This document shows positions 14,282 through 27,498 of a stretch of 64,000 nucleotides of DNA, one piece after another (within the stretch, counting starts at the first letter, position 1; every line of letters starts with the position of its first letter). Position numbers and translations under genes: made by a program. A model generated the notes under the pieces. It saw only the letters and a list, made by a program, of their open reading frames with translations. It was not told the DNA's origin and did not search any database. Source of the DNA: Ostrea edulis (lineage: Eukaryota); assembly GCF_947568905.1 (NCBI RefSeq), contig NC_079166.1, positions 10,478,001-10,542,000 on the forward strand, written 5' to 3'.

Positions 14282-14919
14282 TCATTCATTGTGCTATATC
14301 TTTCGACATTGCGTGTAATTAAGGAAGGTGATAATTCCCCTGCTATCATTGTATGTCTGATTTTAAAAACAAATATTTAACCTGGGTATTTAGTCAGTTT
14401 AAATTATCTTAAGTACTACCATTATAGTATTACTGTGTACACCTAGTACTCTAGGTCTGGGGAAGTAAATAGGTTACCAGAAAAGGGTTATTCACCCCCT
14501 CTGAATAAAAAGATAGTCATGTGAATAAATAAGGTATGCCGATTATAGATAATCATATAAATAAATAAGATATGCCGTAGTGAAACATGACAATGGTATA
14601 TCTCACATACCGAGTAAATATAAGTAAATAAGGTATGCCGATTATATAGTTAGTTATCAGCGATTGACGAAAATAAAATGACTTACTTATATTTTACTAT
14701 TGACTGCATGGTGGTTTCGTTTCAACCACGTGCCATTTTATCCTTTAACATAGCATTGGCATTTTATTCATTCAATTTAAAAGTAACAGTTAATGTAAAA
14801 ATCCTTGGGAATCTATTGATGATAAGATCAAAATTGAAAATGTATTTTCAAGTATATGACCCTTGTGTTTTCGAGATAACATTCTTCAAATCGATCTCTA
14901 TTGCACAGTACCCTGAACG

Positions 14920-15140
14920 TTCCCTGCGTGAGCGGGAGGTAGTACCGGGAGCGTTCATTGCGTGAGCGGAAGGTAGTACCCGGAGCGTTCACTGCGTGCG
15001 CGGGAGGTCGTTGGTTCGAGCCCTGCTCATACTTTGTCCGCGTCAACATAGGAAGTGACAATGTTCGATATTCAGAAGTGAAAGTCAGGAATCTTTCGGA
15101 TGAGGCCTCACAAACCGAGGTCACCTTTCACATCAGACAG
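14920..15140 (+). mobile_element. Degenerate tRNA-derived SINE with locally repeated head
   Basis: B-box GGTTCGAGCCC at about 15014. Body (TAGGAAGTGAC...AGAAGTGAAAGTC...TCTTTCGGATG) resembles the copy at 26990. Short repeats GCGTGAGCGGGAGGTAGTACC lie upstream. Confidence 0.5.
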
Positions 15141-15329
15141 TGACAAGACAGAGAGCTGTCCGTGTTACATCCCTGAGCTATATGCATTGTCTTCACTTAC
15201 AGCCAGTGACGTCTCTGTATGAGTAAAAAATTCTCAAAGGAGCGTAAAATAAAAACAAAGCGTTCCTCAGATTTCAATTATATAAAGAGTCACCAACTTT
15301 TAACTTTCCAATGACTTTCATGCATATAC

Positions 15330-15726
15330 ATGCATGTATAGTCAGTTTTTAAATCGAGGTAAGCTACTGACTAACAAATTGATAGTACAGGGATTTCAAC
15401 AGTCTCGATTGAAGTCAGCATTTCGCAAATTCTATGGTCGTTATAACGATCTACTTCGTCAGTACAATCGCATTGGGTCAAATGCTGTTTCATACCGATT
15501 GCTAAGCCGTTCTTGGCACACTGATTTTGACTGCGGATAACTCCGATTACCTGATCAGGATATAGGGCTCACGGCGGGTGTGACCGGGCAACAGGGGATG
15601 CTTACTCCTCTTAGGCACCTGATCCCACCTCTGGTGTGTCCAGGGGTCCCTGTTTGCCCGACTCTCTATTTTGTATTGCTTATAGGAGTTATGACATTGA
15701 TCACTGTTCGTTATCTTCACCTTGCA
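15330..15726 (+). mobile_element. Longest Penelope-like element fragment: RT C-terminal (thumb/HTH) coding region plus 3' UTR
   Basis: ORF YSQFLNRGKLLTNKLIVQGFQQSRLKSAFRKFYGRYNDL resembles the C-terminus of PLE-type RTs. No GIY-YIG domain follows. It ends in the shared family terminus. Confidence 0.65.
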
Positions 15727-15986
15727 TGCACATATAAAAAAGCAGGAAAAATTCCGCCAGTTATTTTTTATGAGCAAACTTTATATAAACATGATGAGAA
15801 TTTTCCTGACGCACACTTTTACTACTATCACTTATTAGAGGTATTCGTTTGTAAGGGCATTCAGGATACATCGCTTACTTCTAATATTTCAGAATTCTTA
15901 GCTGGACTGCTACTAAACACCATGTCTCTCCGTTCTATGTTTTATAATATGTGTCCTTTGGCACCAAACTTGCTCCGCAGTTGGTG

Positions 15987-16029
<43 letters not shown>

Positions 16030-16502
16030 CATTTATTTATCTCTAGTATATAACATACTTATCTTCAAACTATCAATCGACCTTGTTATGTATGAGCGGT
16101 GTGACCAAGGATATGACACTGTAGTAGTCATGGGTGAGCTTTGTGAATGAATGTTCATGTTAGTGTATATTTTTTATTTATTGCCAATGTGTTATTTTAA
16201 GAATTTGTATGTTTTGTCTAGAAATGGTCGTGTGATTCTGTAATTAATGTATTGTAGAGTCTATAACTAATTTATTAACAATCATGCATTGTATTACAAC
16301 AATAGACTTACTCAAGGGATCATAAATTAAATTTTTATAATATATATACATTTGGTTAAAAGATATGAAAAACATACGTGACCACCATACGTGGAAGGAA
16401 CAAATTAATAAATTATCAAAAGGAAACTTTCTTTTTCTTCTATATATATTTTACCACGCTTCGAATGACGACAAAAAGTAACTGAAACTTTATTCGAACT
16501 TC

Positions 16503-16626
16503 ACACTGATATATCAATACAGATTTATACGACACTGATATATCAATACAGATTTATACGACACTGATATATCAATACAGATTTATACGACACTGATATA
16601 TCAATACAGATTTATATGACACTGAA
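16503..16626. repeat. 29-bp minisatellite, about 4 copies
   Basis: Unit GACACTGATATATCAATACAGATTTATAC. Confidence 0.95.
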
Positions 16627-16699
16627 CATGTTGTGTAAAAAGAAGTTCTTGATTGAAACTCGGATTTCAGAAAAGAGTAGAAACATATTGTTACATTCA

Positions 16700-17892
16700 T
16701 CAGAGATGAATGGCTTCGTCTCCTTGTTTCTCTCTTGTTTTGGTGCGAACTGTAAAACGGCCAGAAAAATTATTACAATCCCAGGTTGTTGGGTCAAACA
16801 CATCGTCCCACAATTCCGTTTCAAACACACCCGGTTCTTCATTTTCCAGTTCCTTCAAATCGCGCCGATGATTAAACAGGCGATATTTCATCAGAATTCC
16901 GTGCTTCAGTTCTGGAGATATAGCAGATATGTGTTGTGGAGTTCTGTTTTGCTTTATAACTCTGACGCCCTTTTTCTTCTCTTCAAAGAGGAGAGGGAAG
17001 TTCATAAGATAGTATATAAACTGATTTTCAATTGGCGGAAAGTTTCTGTCTTTAAAGATTAACTGCTTTGTGAAGATCTTCAAATGCAAATCCTTTTCTT
17101 TTAACATCGTAAGGGTATTTGCTTTCGGCCGCCTAAGTAACTGAGAATGACTTGGTAACAGAATTGACGTACGTCTTTCCTCTGTTTTTTCCAAATAAGG
17201 AATACAACCTGGCCCGTCTGATTCCCATCGCTTTATACCGCCCTCTCCTGAGGGTTGCTCTGAAATCTCCGTAAATTGGACGCCTGGAAGTAGACTTTCA
17301 TTAATTGGTTTATTCTGGGCGCTTTGTATATTGTAGAGATTCTCGTTGAAGCCGCGAGGATACCTTTTCTGACGCCTAACCAAAGATATTACTTCCGGGC
17401 TCTGCAGTAACTGCTTATTCTTATCCTTGCCTGCGAAAGTGTAAATATAAATGCGCTTGGTAGATACATATCAACAAACCAACAACAAAAAAAATCATTT
17501 TTATTTTAACATCCTAATGTAAACATTGAAAAACATCAACAACTCATGTTAAATTAGAATGCCCGAGGATGTTTGAACATCAACGAATGCTACTTTAATT
17601 TATTGAATATTACCTTTATTAGTTTAGCATGGATGGCAGATGCAGAATAAGTAGTTTTTATGCTCGCAATAATTGGTGCGTGTATTTCATTTATAGTTCA
17701 TTTACTTTCATTGAAAAAGATACTGAGATTTTTTTTATTGCTGAATATATGAAACTCCGCTTGGTGTGGGGAAAGTGTAAAAAAAAAAACAAAAAAAAAA
17801 AACTCACTTAATCTATGTGGAAGAATTCCTAAATCGTAAAAAACCTGCAAACATCGAAGTTTTTTCATAGACAGAAGGTAATCATTTTCCAT
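16700..17892 (-). CDS. Two-exon ORF of unknown family, about 271 aa
   Basis: Exon 17892-17808 (MENDYLLSMKKLRCLQVFYDLGILPHRL, donor A|GTGAGT) splices in phase 1 to acceptor TTTCGCAG|GC at 17430, in frame with the 227-aa ORF ending at 16700. Confidence 0.55.
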
Positions 17893-20084
17893 GGTTATTT
17901 TCTATTGTGATGTCATAGAAATCTTTGACGTCATAGTCAAACGGCTCATCTGTGATTGATGATGTCACAATGAATAACGCTGGTGACGACATTTCGTCGG
18001 CTCAGATACTTCCTCTTGTAACGCAAACTTCCACCAGAGTTCGTTTGCTCACAAATTCGTAGGCACTGTGACGTAATGAGGCCTCGACGGGGAGTTTGCT
18101 TGTAACGTTATCAGATTTCGCAGTCAATGCTTTGATAATAAAGATTTATGCATGGCAGGAACATGAATTTTGTTAAAGTCTTTTTCAATAGTTATTGTAA
18201 AAGACCTTGTTAACCATAATATATTTAAAAAGTCTAAGTTATATATGAATAATCAATTAAATGTTTCAAAATATTGAATCCAAGGGTAATAACTCACTTT
18301 TCACTAAATTATTTATCAAGTCCATAATGCGATAGATTTCCTTTATTTTTCACAATCATTTTGTATATTTTTTAAAGAAACAATTACATGAAATTGTTAT
18401 GAATACTTATTCTATTACATCATTTTAACCACTTTTTTGGTTACTTATCATTTCCATTAGTGGAACTCTTCAAATTAAAGGCGTGTAAAGTCGTGCTACC
18501 GGGACACCATACGTAAACATTACTTAGGCATACATAATATAAATTATGGTATCGGATACATATTATATATAACCGACTGCAAACCATAACACTGATTAAA
18601 ATTCTAAAGTCAAATTTAGGAATTGATTATTCTCACAAGAAAACAGACGAACTTATTAAACTATGTGAGTGAGTGCAGGTACTAGATCTGTCAAATCTGA
18701 CCGATATAAAGCATCGATCGCAAGAAGAACTGTGAAGGGAAAAACCTATATGCACATCCAACACAACAACTTTTAATGTGAGTAATATGTTTTTAAAGTT
18801 ATTCTGTCAGACTATGAAGACATTCTATTTTATCATACAATTAGGACAGGTTCATATGGCATGGACTTGGTAATCGTACACGAACACCCCCCCCCCCCCT
18901 CAATTTCCATATTTTAGAACAAGTTATATATATGCCAAACTGCGTTTTTAAAGACGTTTATAACACTAATTAACACAACTAATGCGTTTCCAAACTGCAT
19001 TCAAGCTATTTTGAAAATTACAAAATATTGATGGATTTAGGACAGAGAACATCATTGTTTGGAATTTTTAAAATAGGTGTGGTGGAGTTTAAAAACATGT
19101 AACATTTTTAATAAGATTGTGTTAGAATATTTGAAAAATGCAGTTTGACCAATGTATGTTATTTTATTTAAAAATACACCATGTATTTTAACTCTTAAAA
19201 GGGGGGGGGGGGGGTGTGCTATGACCGTTTCGTTTATGTCCCAGTAATATCGCACTTGCTCGCGAGACTTGTGTATTTTCTTACCAATGACGCAGAAGAG
19301 TCATCAAAGCGCGATAACTCTAACGAGCTGGTAATGAGAAGTAACCTGTTATCAATGTCAAAAAATTGTAATTATTATCAACATTTCACCATAGATAGAT
19401 AGATAGGTAGATAAAGCACAGACAGTTTCACTTTATTTGGATAACCACTTCCGCCCCTACCGCCCCTACCCGGGGTTGAACTCCTATCAGAAAGTAACCA
19501 GCGCGCTAGACCGCTCGACCATCTAGGCAAGTAAAAAGACTTTCGTTAATTGGTTTATTCTGGGCGCTTTGTATATTGTAGAGATTCTCATTGAAGCCGC
19601 GAGGATACCTTTTCTGACGCCTAACCAAAGATATTACTTCCGGGCTCTGTAGTAACTGCTTATTCTTATCCTTGCCTGCGAAAGTGTAAATATAAATGCG
19701 CTTGGTAGATACATATCAACAAACCAAAAGATAAGTATTCTAGAAAGGTGAAATTACCTTATGTCACAACTCAAAGTCAATGATGGATTGAAGGGGTAAG
19801 CATGGTCGGGGGAGACATACCCCTCCTAGCTACATGTACATTTCGTTGACGGAGCATATTGCAATATAGTGTAACATGCCAAACCAAGTTATATATAATT
19901 ATGAATTAACTATCAGGTATTATTAATCACTCTTCCAGTTGATGTCTTCTGATATATTTGATATTAATATTTTCACACATAAACATACACAGTATCAGTA
20001 TTTCTTTTGAGTGTCTTTAATTCTTTTCATTTGTTCAAAATTTCCATGTCGAATATACCGAAACAACTTAATGGATTTAGAAAA

Positions 20085-20310
20085 TTAGTTGCCGATCGGC
20101 GGACTCGAACCCGGTCCGACCACATGTCGGTCAGCCTGGGGATTTTGACAGAAATGAAAATAAATGTAGAATATATAGATAGATAGATAAAGCACAGACA
20201 GTTTCACTTTATTTGGATACCCACTTCCGCCCCTACCGCCCCTACCCGGGGTTGAACTCCTAGCAGAAAGTAACCAGCGCGCTAGACCGCTCGACCATCT
20301 AGGCAAGTAA
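20085..20310 (-). mobile_element. tRNA-derived repeat with TAGA microsatellite
   Basis: Minus strand has A-box-like TGGTCGAGCGGTCTAGCGCGCTGG (about 20300-20275) and B-box GGTTCGAGTCC (about 20111-20101), separated by about 170 bp containing (TAGA)n. Confidence 0.4.
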
Positions 20311-22410
20311 AAAAAACCTTGCTTTCGATGACGATGGAATTCTCGCCACGCTGTCACACGCTACACGGTCATTGAGAATGGAAATGGGATACAGTTAACG
20401 TACATTTAAGAGGACCACACAAGATACACGAACAAAATCCCCAGTCGTTAAAACACATGATGTGGACGTAACACATATTATTCCTCAACATTCTTAAGCG
20501 CATTGTTTATTATTGCAGCGCATTCATGAGGAAATGGCTGTCATAGCCTTTTAATGTTTTATTTATTTTCTGTGCATTATGAGTATAACATTCTGTAGTA
20601 AGGTATATATGCATTGTAAAACACCTTTGAGCGTACATAGTGTATGAAAAGGGTGCGTGCTATATGAATATTTTATTATTATTATCATTATTGAAAATGT
20701 AAATATTTATCAAAGAACAGAGCATACGGGTCTTTAAAGTTCTTAATGTCTATGTGTAAATACCGCATGTTTTGAAAAATATAGCAAAGAAATTGAATAT
20801 GTATTCAAAACTCCGATCCTAAGGCTAAATTATTAAGTATCGACATGTTCACAAGATCTGTCATCAAACATATTCAACGGTTAAGTCGTACAGGAAATAG
20901 AAGGGGAAATACATATCCTATATTTTTCAAGCTGACAATGTTTATATAAATGTGCAAACCGTGATAGAAATAAAATGTTCGTCTTGAACCAGGAATTACG
21001 TACTTTCTAAATTTCTTTTATGTCAAAATGTAAAAATCAATTTGAGATCTAAAATTTAAAAAAAAAAAAAAAAAAATTAAAAAATAAAAAATAAAAAAAA
21101 TAAAAATTTACAGTTCATAATTCTGAAATTCAGATTGATATTCGGTTTGATACATTTGACAGTGTTCATTTTAAAATATGGTCTATAAAATGCATCAGGT
21201 GCCCGATTTCGAAACAAGTTAGGGGGAAGGGGGGGGGGGGGGTAACGGACGGTTACTTCTCAGCCGCACGATCATGGCACCTGCGTTTAATATACTATTG
21301 GCAGTAAAACACCGCTATACATATACAGATTATGTGTGAAATAATGAGAAATGTATCGAGTATATATAAAGAATGCTCACAATTTGATGTGTTTTAAGTG
21401 TGTTGTATAAAGTTAATTGCACAAACTGGCAACCGTTTCCAAAACAATTTTACTGAAAATCTTGATTGACTATTGGATCTCTGAGAGAAGAGGGTATTTG
21501 AATATCACGAAAAGTTCTATTTCATCAAATCATTAAATTCATTAGTCAGTGATTGTCCTTTGTTGTATCATAACAAACACCCCCTGTTTTCTCTTTCACC
21601 GTCTATAAAAAATTTCATACATGTAATGTAAGCAAACCACATTTATTCAAACAAAGCTGAATTCAATTTTTTTTTTTTTTTTATATTTCCGTTATTCTCA
21701 TTAAAAGGAAGGTAGTCAGAATAATTTCATTTGAAATTACTTCCTATTTCAGTTAGAAAGCGCGAACGAAATAAATAGTATTTATGGTGCAAGGGAGGCG
21801 ACTCTAATAGCGAGCACTGAGTTTACAAATATTCAAATCGCGCCGTATTTGTCTCTCTTCTTGTATATAAATGTGTAGCAATTGATCGATACTCTGCTCG
21901 ATCCTACTACTGTGGATGTTTAAACATTTAAAATTACGAAGTTATGCATGAGCAGTCAAGGGGAAATATATCCACGAAGAGAGGAAGTTATATCGCACTC
22001 ATTCATTGCGTGAATATATGGTAAGTGTGATTTTTTAAATTTCTGTTTACTATACCTCGTCAAAGGAATATCATTTTTCTTTTCGATTGCTAATTGCAAA
22101 TTTCATGTCGATGAGCGAAATAGTCAGGTGGTATAAGTGTAGGATTCAATCGACTGAATACTTGTACATTTATGTTCATATATCAACTCCTTGTTGTATT
22201 ACCCGAGCGGATTCCACTTTCGCTTTAATAGATTTATGTACTTTATAAGTTACCAAATCTTTGGATACAGAATGTTTGGTGATATACGTATCAGAACTGA
22301 ACAATTCATTTATATGCTCCGGTTAGCTTGATCAATACGGTTTGTTTAAGTTTTTGACAACAATCCAAATTAAGTTCAGGAAATTAAAGCTGGTATATAT
22401 ACGTCTTTGT

Positions 22411-22461
<51 letters not shown>

Positions 22462-23588
22462 TAAGCATTACGCTTACATTTGAGGGTATTTTGTTACTCA
22501 TTCCCTCTCCCAGGTGACTCAGTACACTAATTTTTGATATAATGGCTCGTTTAAGCACCTCGTATGAAGCATGCTTTCAACATCGAAAGAGTGATACAAG
22601 TTCTCAATTATTTTATATGAATTTTTGAGGATTTTTTTCGGAATGAGAAAAAGGGTGTTTTGTTCGCAGGAAAGAGATTCTAAAATCTCACATTGACGTT
22701 GATTTAATGCATGATAAACATGTAAATATCTGATAAAACCTGTGAAGAAAATTCACGTAAATGCTCTATTTTTTATTTTAAATAAAAGATTATCTACGAA
22801 AATTGCAACGGTTTTTTTCGGTTAATGTTTCGAAAATTCACTGTTAAATTTTTTTAAGAAACATGTCATTTAGGAAAAAAAAAGATAATGTAAACAAATA
22901 CATGTATCTCTTAAAAAGAAATTGAAATGAAATAACCAAATTTCAGATATATATCGCTAGTTTTTAGATTTGAACTAAACCAAAGAAAAAAGTACCGATA
23001 CCGTTCAAAAATTGTTGAAATTACTAGAATAATCATATTATTGCGAATTTTATGCTCTTTTCAAGAAGAAATAGTTTCCTTCATGAATTCATTTATTTTG
23101 TAAACTATTTTACATCAAGGGAATGTAGGTTTCCGATTGAAATGTTCTCTTTTTTATGATTCCAATATTGGGGGCCTGGTTCAAATTTTAAAAACTGCAA
23201 TATTTCTGAATTATGGCTATTTCATTTTAACTTCTTTTTAAAATACATTTGTGCGATAAGTCTTTTCTAAATGACTTTAAAATATTTTAGCTGTACATTT
23301 AAAAGATATATTAACAAATGACGTTTTCCATTAGATATATTTTCATTGAAAAATTTACAATGTCTATCTAAGCCTTTTAGGCAAGTTTTATGAGAAATTC
23401 ATGCCATACATCAATTCACAGCAAAACGAGCATTTTAAAATCTCTGATTTGTAAACAAAACATCTCTTTTTATTATTCCGGAAAAATCGCACAAAAATTA
23501 AAACCAAACACATATAAATCTTTCGATGGTGAAATCACACTTCATACAAGGTGCTTTAATTATTTTTTAATGTTGGACAAGATTTATA

Positions 23589-23589
<1 letters not shown>

Positions 23590-23632
<43 letters not shown>

Positions 23633-25540
23633 GTTGTCATGGTTGGAAAGTAAACATAAGGCTGTCATGATTGGAGGTAATTTAATAATAAGAGTTGTCA
23701 TAGTTAGAAGCATTGAGATTATATACAAGATAAATCCTTAATGTCAAGAATTCAAATAATCAGGGTCTGTATGTTTTGTTGTAAAATGCTATCAGTGCTT
23801 ATATTCAGAATATCTGTCCAAGTTTCCCATTTCGTTTTGAAATCTTCGAGTTTACAGTTTTTGTAGCCATATATTTCAATGTTGAAATGTGTGTTTTGAT
23901 ATCTATAAGTAATTCGTGAATAGATTGTTTTTCATTCAAACAGGCTTCCTATGAATATATGATTTAAAAATCAGAAAGATTAAGTATGATCCACTGGTTT
24001 TAGGATCGAGGTTAAGTCCAAAGATAAATGTTAATGGATTTCTTGGAATAACATTTCCCCTTGTCTGACAATACTCATAGAATATATTGATTAAGTCTGG
24101 AACAACGGGACACTCCCAAAGTATAAGACATATTGTCTCTTCATATGTATTACAAAAGCTGCATAATCTACTTTCTTTGAATCCTATTTTCAACAAAAAG
24201 GTATTAGTTGTTAGTATGTGATGGTTGATTCTAAACTGTACCCATTGTAGTTTGGTACTCTTACTATTGATGAAAGGTAACTGAAAAATATTTTTCCAAT
24301 CTAATTCTGATAAGGTAAAATACTCTCTCCATTTTGGTTTGTAGAATGATGTGACATTTTCATCTAAGTTTATGGTATAGGACATAGCTCTACTACCGTT
24401 TTTGGATGAACAAAAGAGTTTGATATGAAAAGGTATAAAAGGCTTATAGTTCACTTCTTCCTTTAAATTCTCTGACAATTCATGCTAGCTGTTACTGCTT
24501 TCTGTAAACCTAGGTATGTCAGAAAGTTGGTTTTGACATTAAAATTTTTCTCTAGAAGCAATAACTTTTCAAAAAAAGATCCCTTTTCATCAAGCAGATC
24601 ATTGATATATATTATATTCTTGTTGAACCATTCACTATAAAAATGGAACCTTTTCCCTATATTAAAATTCTTTTATTAAACCAATTTAGCTGGGATATAA
24701 AATCTTCCCATGTATGTAACTTCATGTTATTTTGAATATTTTGAAAGACAAGGAATGTGTCTATCCAGATGTGGAATTTTTTGTTGATGTTGTCTGATCC
24801 AGTTTTTTAAATCATATCAGTATTAAATGATTTACCCAATTGTTTTTTCCAATTTGCATTTCGACCATTCATTGATCTTTTAATCCAGGAAGATTTAAGG
24901 CCTTGTACAATGTATATAGTTATTGCTGTCAATCATATTCAATCCATCATGTGCATATTCTTGCGTGGTTTATTTGATTTTGATTTTGTCAATATTAGAG
25001 TTCCATAGAAATTTATAAGATACTAGTATACTATTTAGGTCTTTTATGAATTTGATTGATGGTGTTGGTAGTGAAATAAATAAATGATTCATTTGGGAGA
25101 AGGTAAGGGATTTTATTAGGGTAATCCTACCTATAGGAGTGATATGTCTTTTGTTCCACTGGTTGGTAATTTCTTTGATTTTAATTAACTTTTTATCATA
25201 GTTGAGTTTGAGGATTTTACTTAGGTCAACATCAAAATGGATACCTAGAAGCTTAAATTGAGTTGTCCAACGAAAGTTCATTTCTTGACATAAAATTTCA
25301 TTTGAGTATTTTTGCCTACCTATCCATACTAATTGTGTTTTTGAAAAAATTAATGTTAAGTCCAGAGATTGCATTAAAATTGTTCAGTTCATCTATGGTG
25401 GCTTTTAGAGACTTTTCAGAGTCATCTAGAATTACTGCTGTGTCATCTGCATGTCTGCATATTGAGACATGAATTCAATATCAGGTGCTTTAATATTAAA
25501 CAGTCATTTAACACAATTTTGGTTTAATGAGTTACCCTAA
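23590..25540 (-). mobile_element. 5'-truncated, degenerate non-LTR retrotransposon (L1/Tx1-like): RT and C-terminal zf-RVT
   Basis: Minus strand: SQYAD[8-bp duplication]DTAVIL...NAISGLNINFSKTQLVWIG; KLLGIHFDVDL...TPIGRITLIKSL; KLQWVQFRINHHILTTN...CSFCNTYEETICLILWECP. Frameshifts and stops present; ends near (GA)n at 23591. Confidence 0.9.
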
Positions 25541-25614
25541 AAAAGAATGAAAATAAAATGACTTTATAGTCTTTCGTACTGTTTTCAGTTTTAACCGTCT
25601 TGCTTGACCAACAG

Positions 25615-27452
25615 TTGAAGGGTCTATAAAAAAAATGTTTCATGGATACAGATACCCTGTTTATCCGGTGACATCATGTCCTCCGGATGATGCGGCCTGG
25701 GAGTCGGCCTCTAGGCGGAGAAACTGCAGTCGTGACATCGTCAAAAACCGTTACATCTGCGTACCCAATCAAAGCAAGACTTCACTGCTGGAGTTCTGCT
25801 ATGATGAAATCAGACCTATGGTTCAACCTGGTAAATATGTGCTTATCAGAATCAATGATAAAACTAAAATAATTTGACATTTTATTGCACATTTTGTTAG
25901 AAACAAAAATATCGATGCATGGGTTGATATGTATATTTCATGGGTTATTTTGGTTGTAATTAGTGCAAATATCGAATTACTAAAGTTTAAGGAAGTTGTG
26001 TAAAATTGCTGTGATGTTCAAACGTTGAGATATACCTCTACCAAATGTTTACCTACTTCACTCGACATAATTGATGAACAAAGGATAAAATTAAAATTCT
26101 ACATGGTAAAATGTATTTATTTTACTTATATTCTATAACATAAATTCAGTGTCCATTTCCATTTCTGAAACATATTTGTAGCTAGTGTCATTAACCAACT
26201 ATTTACACTTACATGTATTTTCATCAGACATTTTCACCAACTATTTACACTTATTTTCATCAAACATTTTCACCAACTATTTAAACTTATTTTCACCAAA
26301 CATTTTCACCAACTATTTTACACTTATTTTCATCAAATATTTTATCATCACATGTATCTGAAACTTATACAACGACACCGCACTTAAAATATCAATGACA
26401 TGCATCGGAAGTATTAAATCAGAGATTCAACAACTGAAAAGCTGTTCGGATTTTAGAATATCAGGAGTTCCTTGAAATAAACAAGGAACGAATTAAACCT
26501 GCTAATCAGCAGACAAATATCATCTTTGTATGAACAATAACTATCAATGATACGACTGGCCGGTGTCGGTATGCGCATGCGAACTCCTCTGCTCAATCAC
26601 AGGCGTGGATCCAGATAGTTTCCAAACAGTGGGATGAGACTCTCATTACTACTAGTTATATGGAGGGCTCCAAAACGTACACAGAGCATTTAGCAAATAC
26701 GGTACATTTCTGCGAAACGTGGCTCCTGAACTTGACCTCTTCAACATATCGCGCATTACCAAATTCGATAAACGATAACTCAAGATTAATCCAATGAATA
26801 GATGTAAGAAATCAAACTCGATGTTAACATTTGGTGGGGACCTAAGGGCTTAAGTCCCCTGAATCTACTGACTAAATAAAATGTGCATGCTTTTCTGGAC
26901 AGTTCTATAAAAATAGATCATGTGGGGGTGGGGGGGGGTTGGGGTTGGATTCGCCATTGCTAGCTACGTGTTTTTAAAATAACTAACCCTGCATGGACCT
27001 GGTTGCTGTAGCTCAGCGATATATCGCTTGGGTTTGTGGGAGGGAGGTCGTGAGTTCGAGCCCCGCTCCTGCCATGTCGCATCAAACCTAAGACATAAAC
27101 ATAGGTAGTGATTGCTCCTTTGCCAAACGCACGGCATTTAAAAGTGAGTGTCACGGGTCTTTCCGATATGACCTTAAAAATAGATATCCTGTGTTGCGGC
27201 AGGTGTTAGCACGTTAAAGAACCCTCCTTGCTACGGCCCCGTGCGATAAGCACGTCTACATTAGTAAACAATTCTCAAAGCAACGTTAACTAATGAAATC
27301 CTTCACAACAAATAAAAATAAACAATTCCTGGGATACAATACAAATGGAAAAAATAAACCCAAATACAATACAATTGGAAAGTAGAGAATACAAATGAAA
27401 TATTATACAATACAAATGAAAAAGATCAAATATTACAACGTTTGACATGCCA

Positions 27453-27498
<46 letters not shown>

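Noticed and set aside
15547-16053. Recurring short ORFs such as MKITNSDQ... and MSRGPCLPNY...
   Set aside because: Translations of the non-coding 3' end of the Penelope-like repeat.
16616-17062. 148-aa plus-strand ORF
   Set aside because: Antisense shadow of the spliced minus-strand ORF, with no independent support.
21944-22020. Candidate first exon of the receptor (strong donor ATG|GTAAGT)
   Set aside because: Neither ATG gives a signal peptide in the phase needed for 25615. It could be a UTR or start exon but cannot be supported.
22550-23560. Possible DNA transposon with inverted AAGCACC.TGTATGAAG motifs
   Set aside because: Only a short imperfect inverted match; termini and TSD could not be defined.
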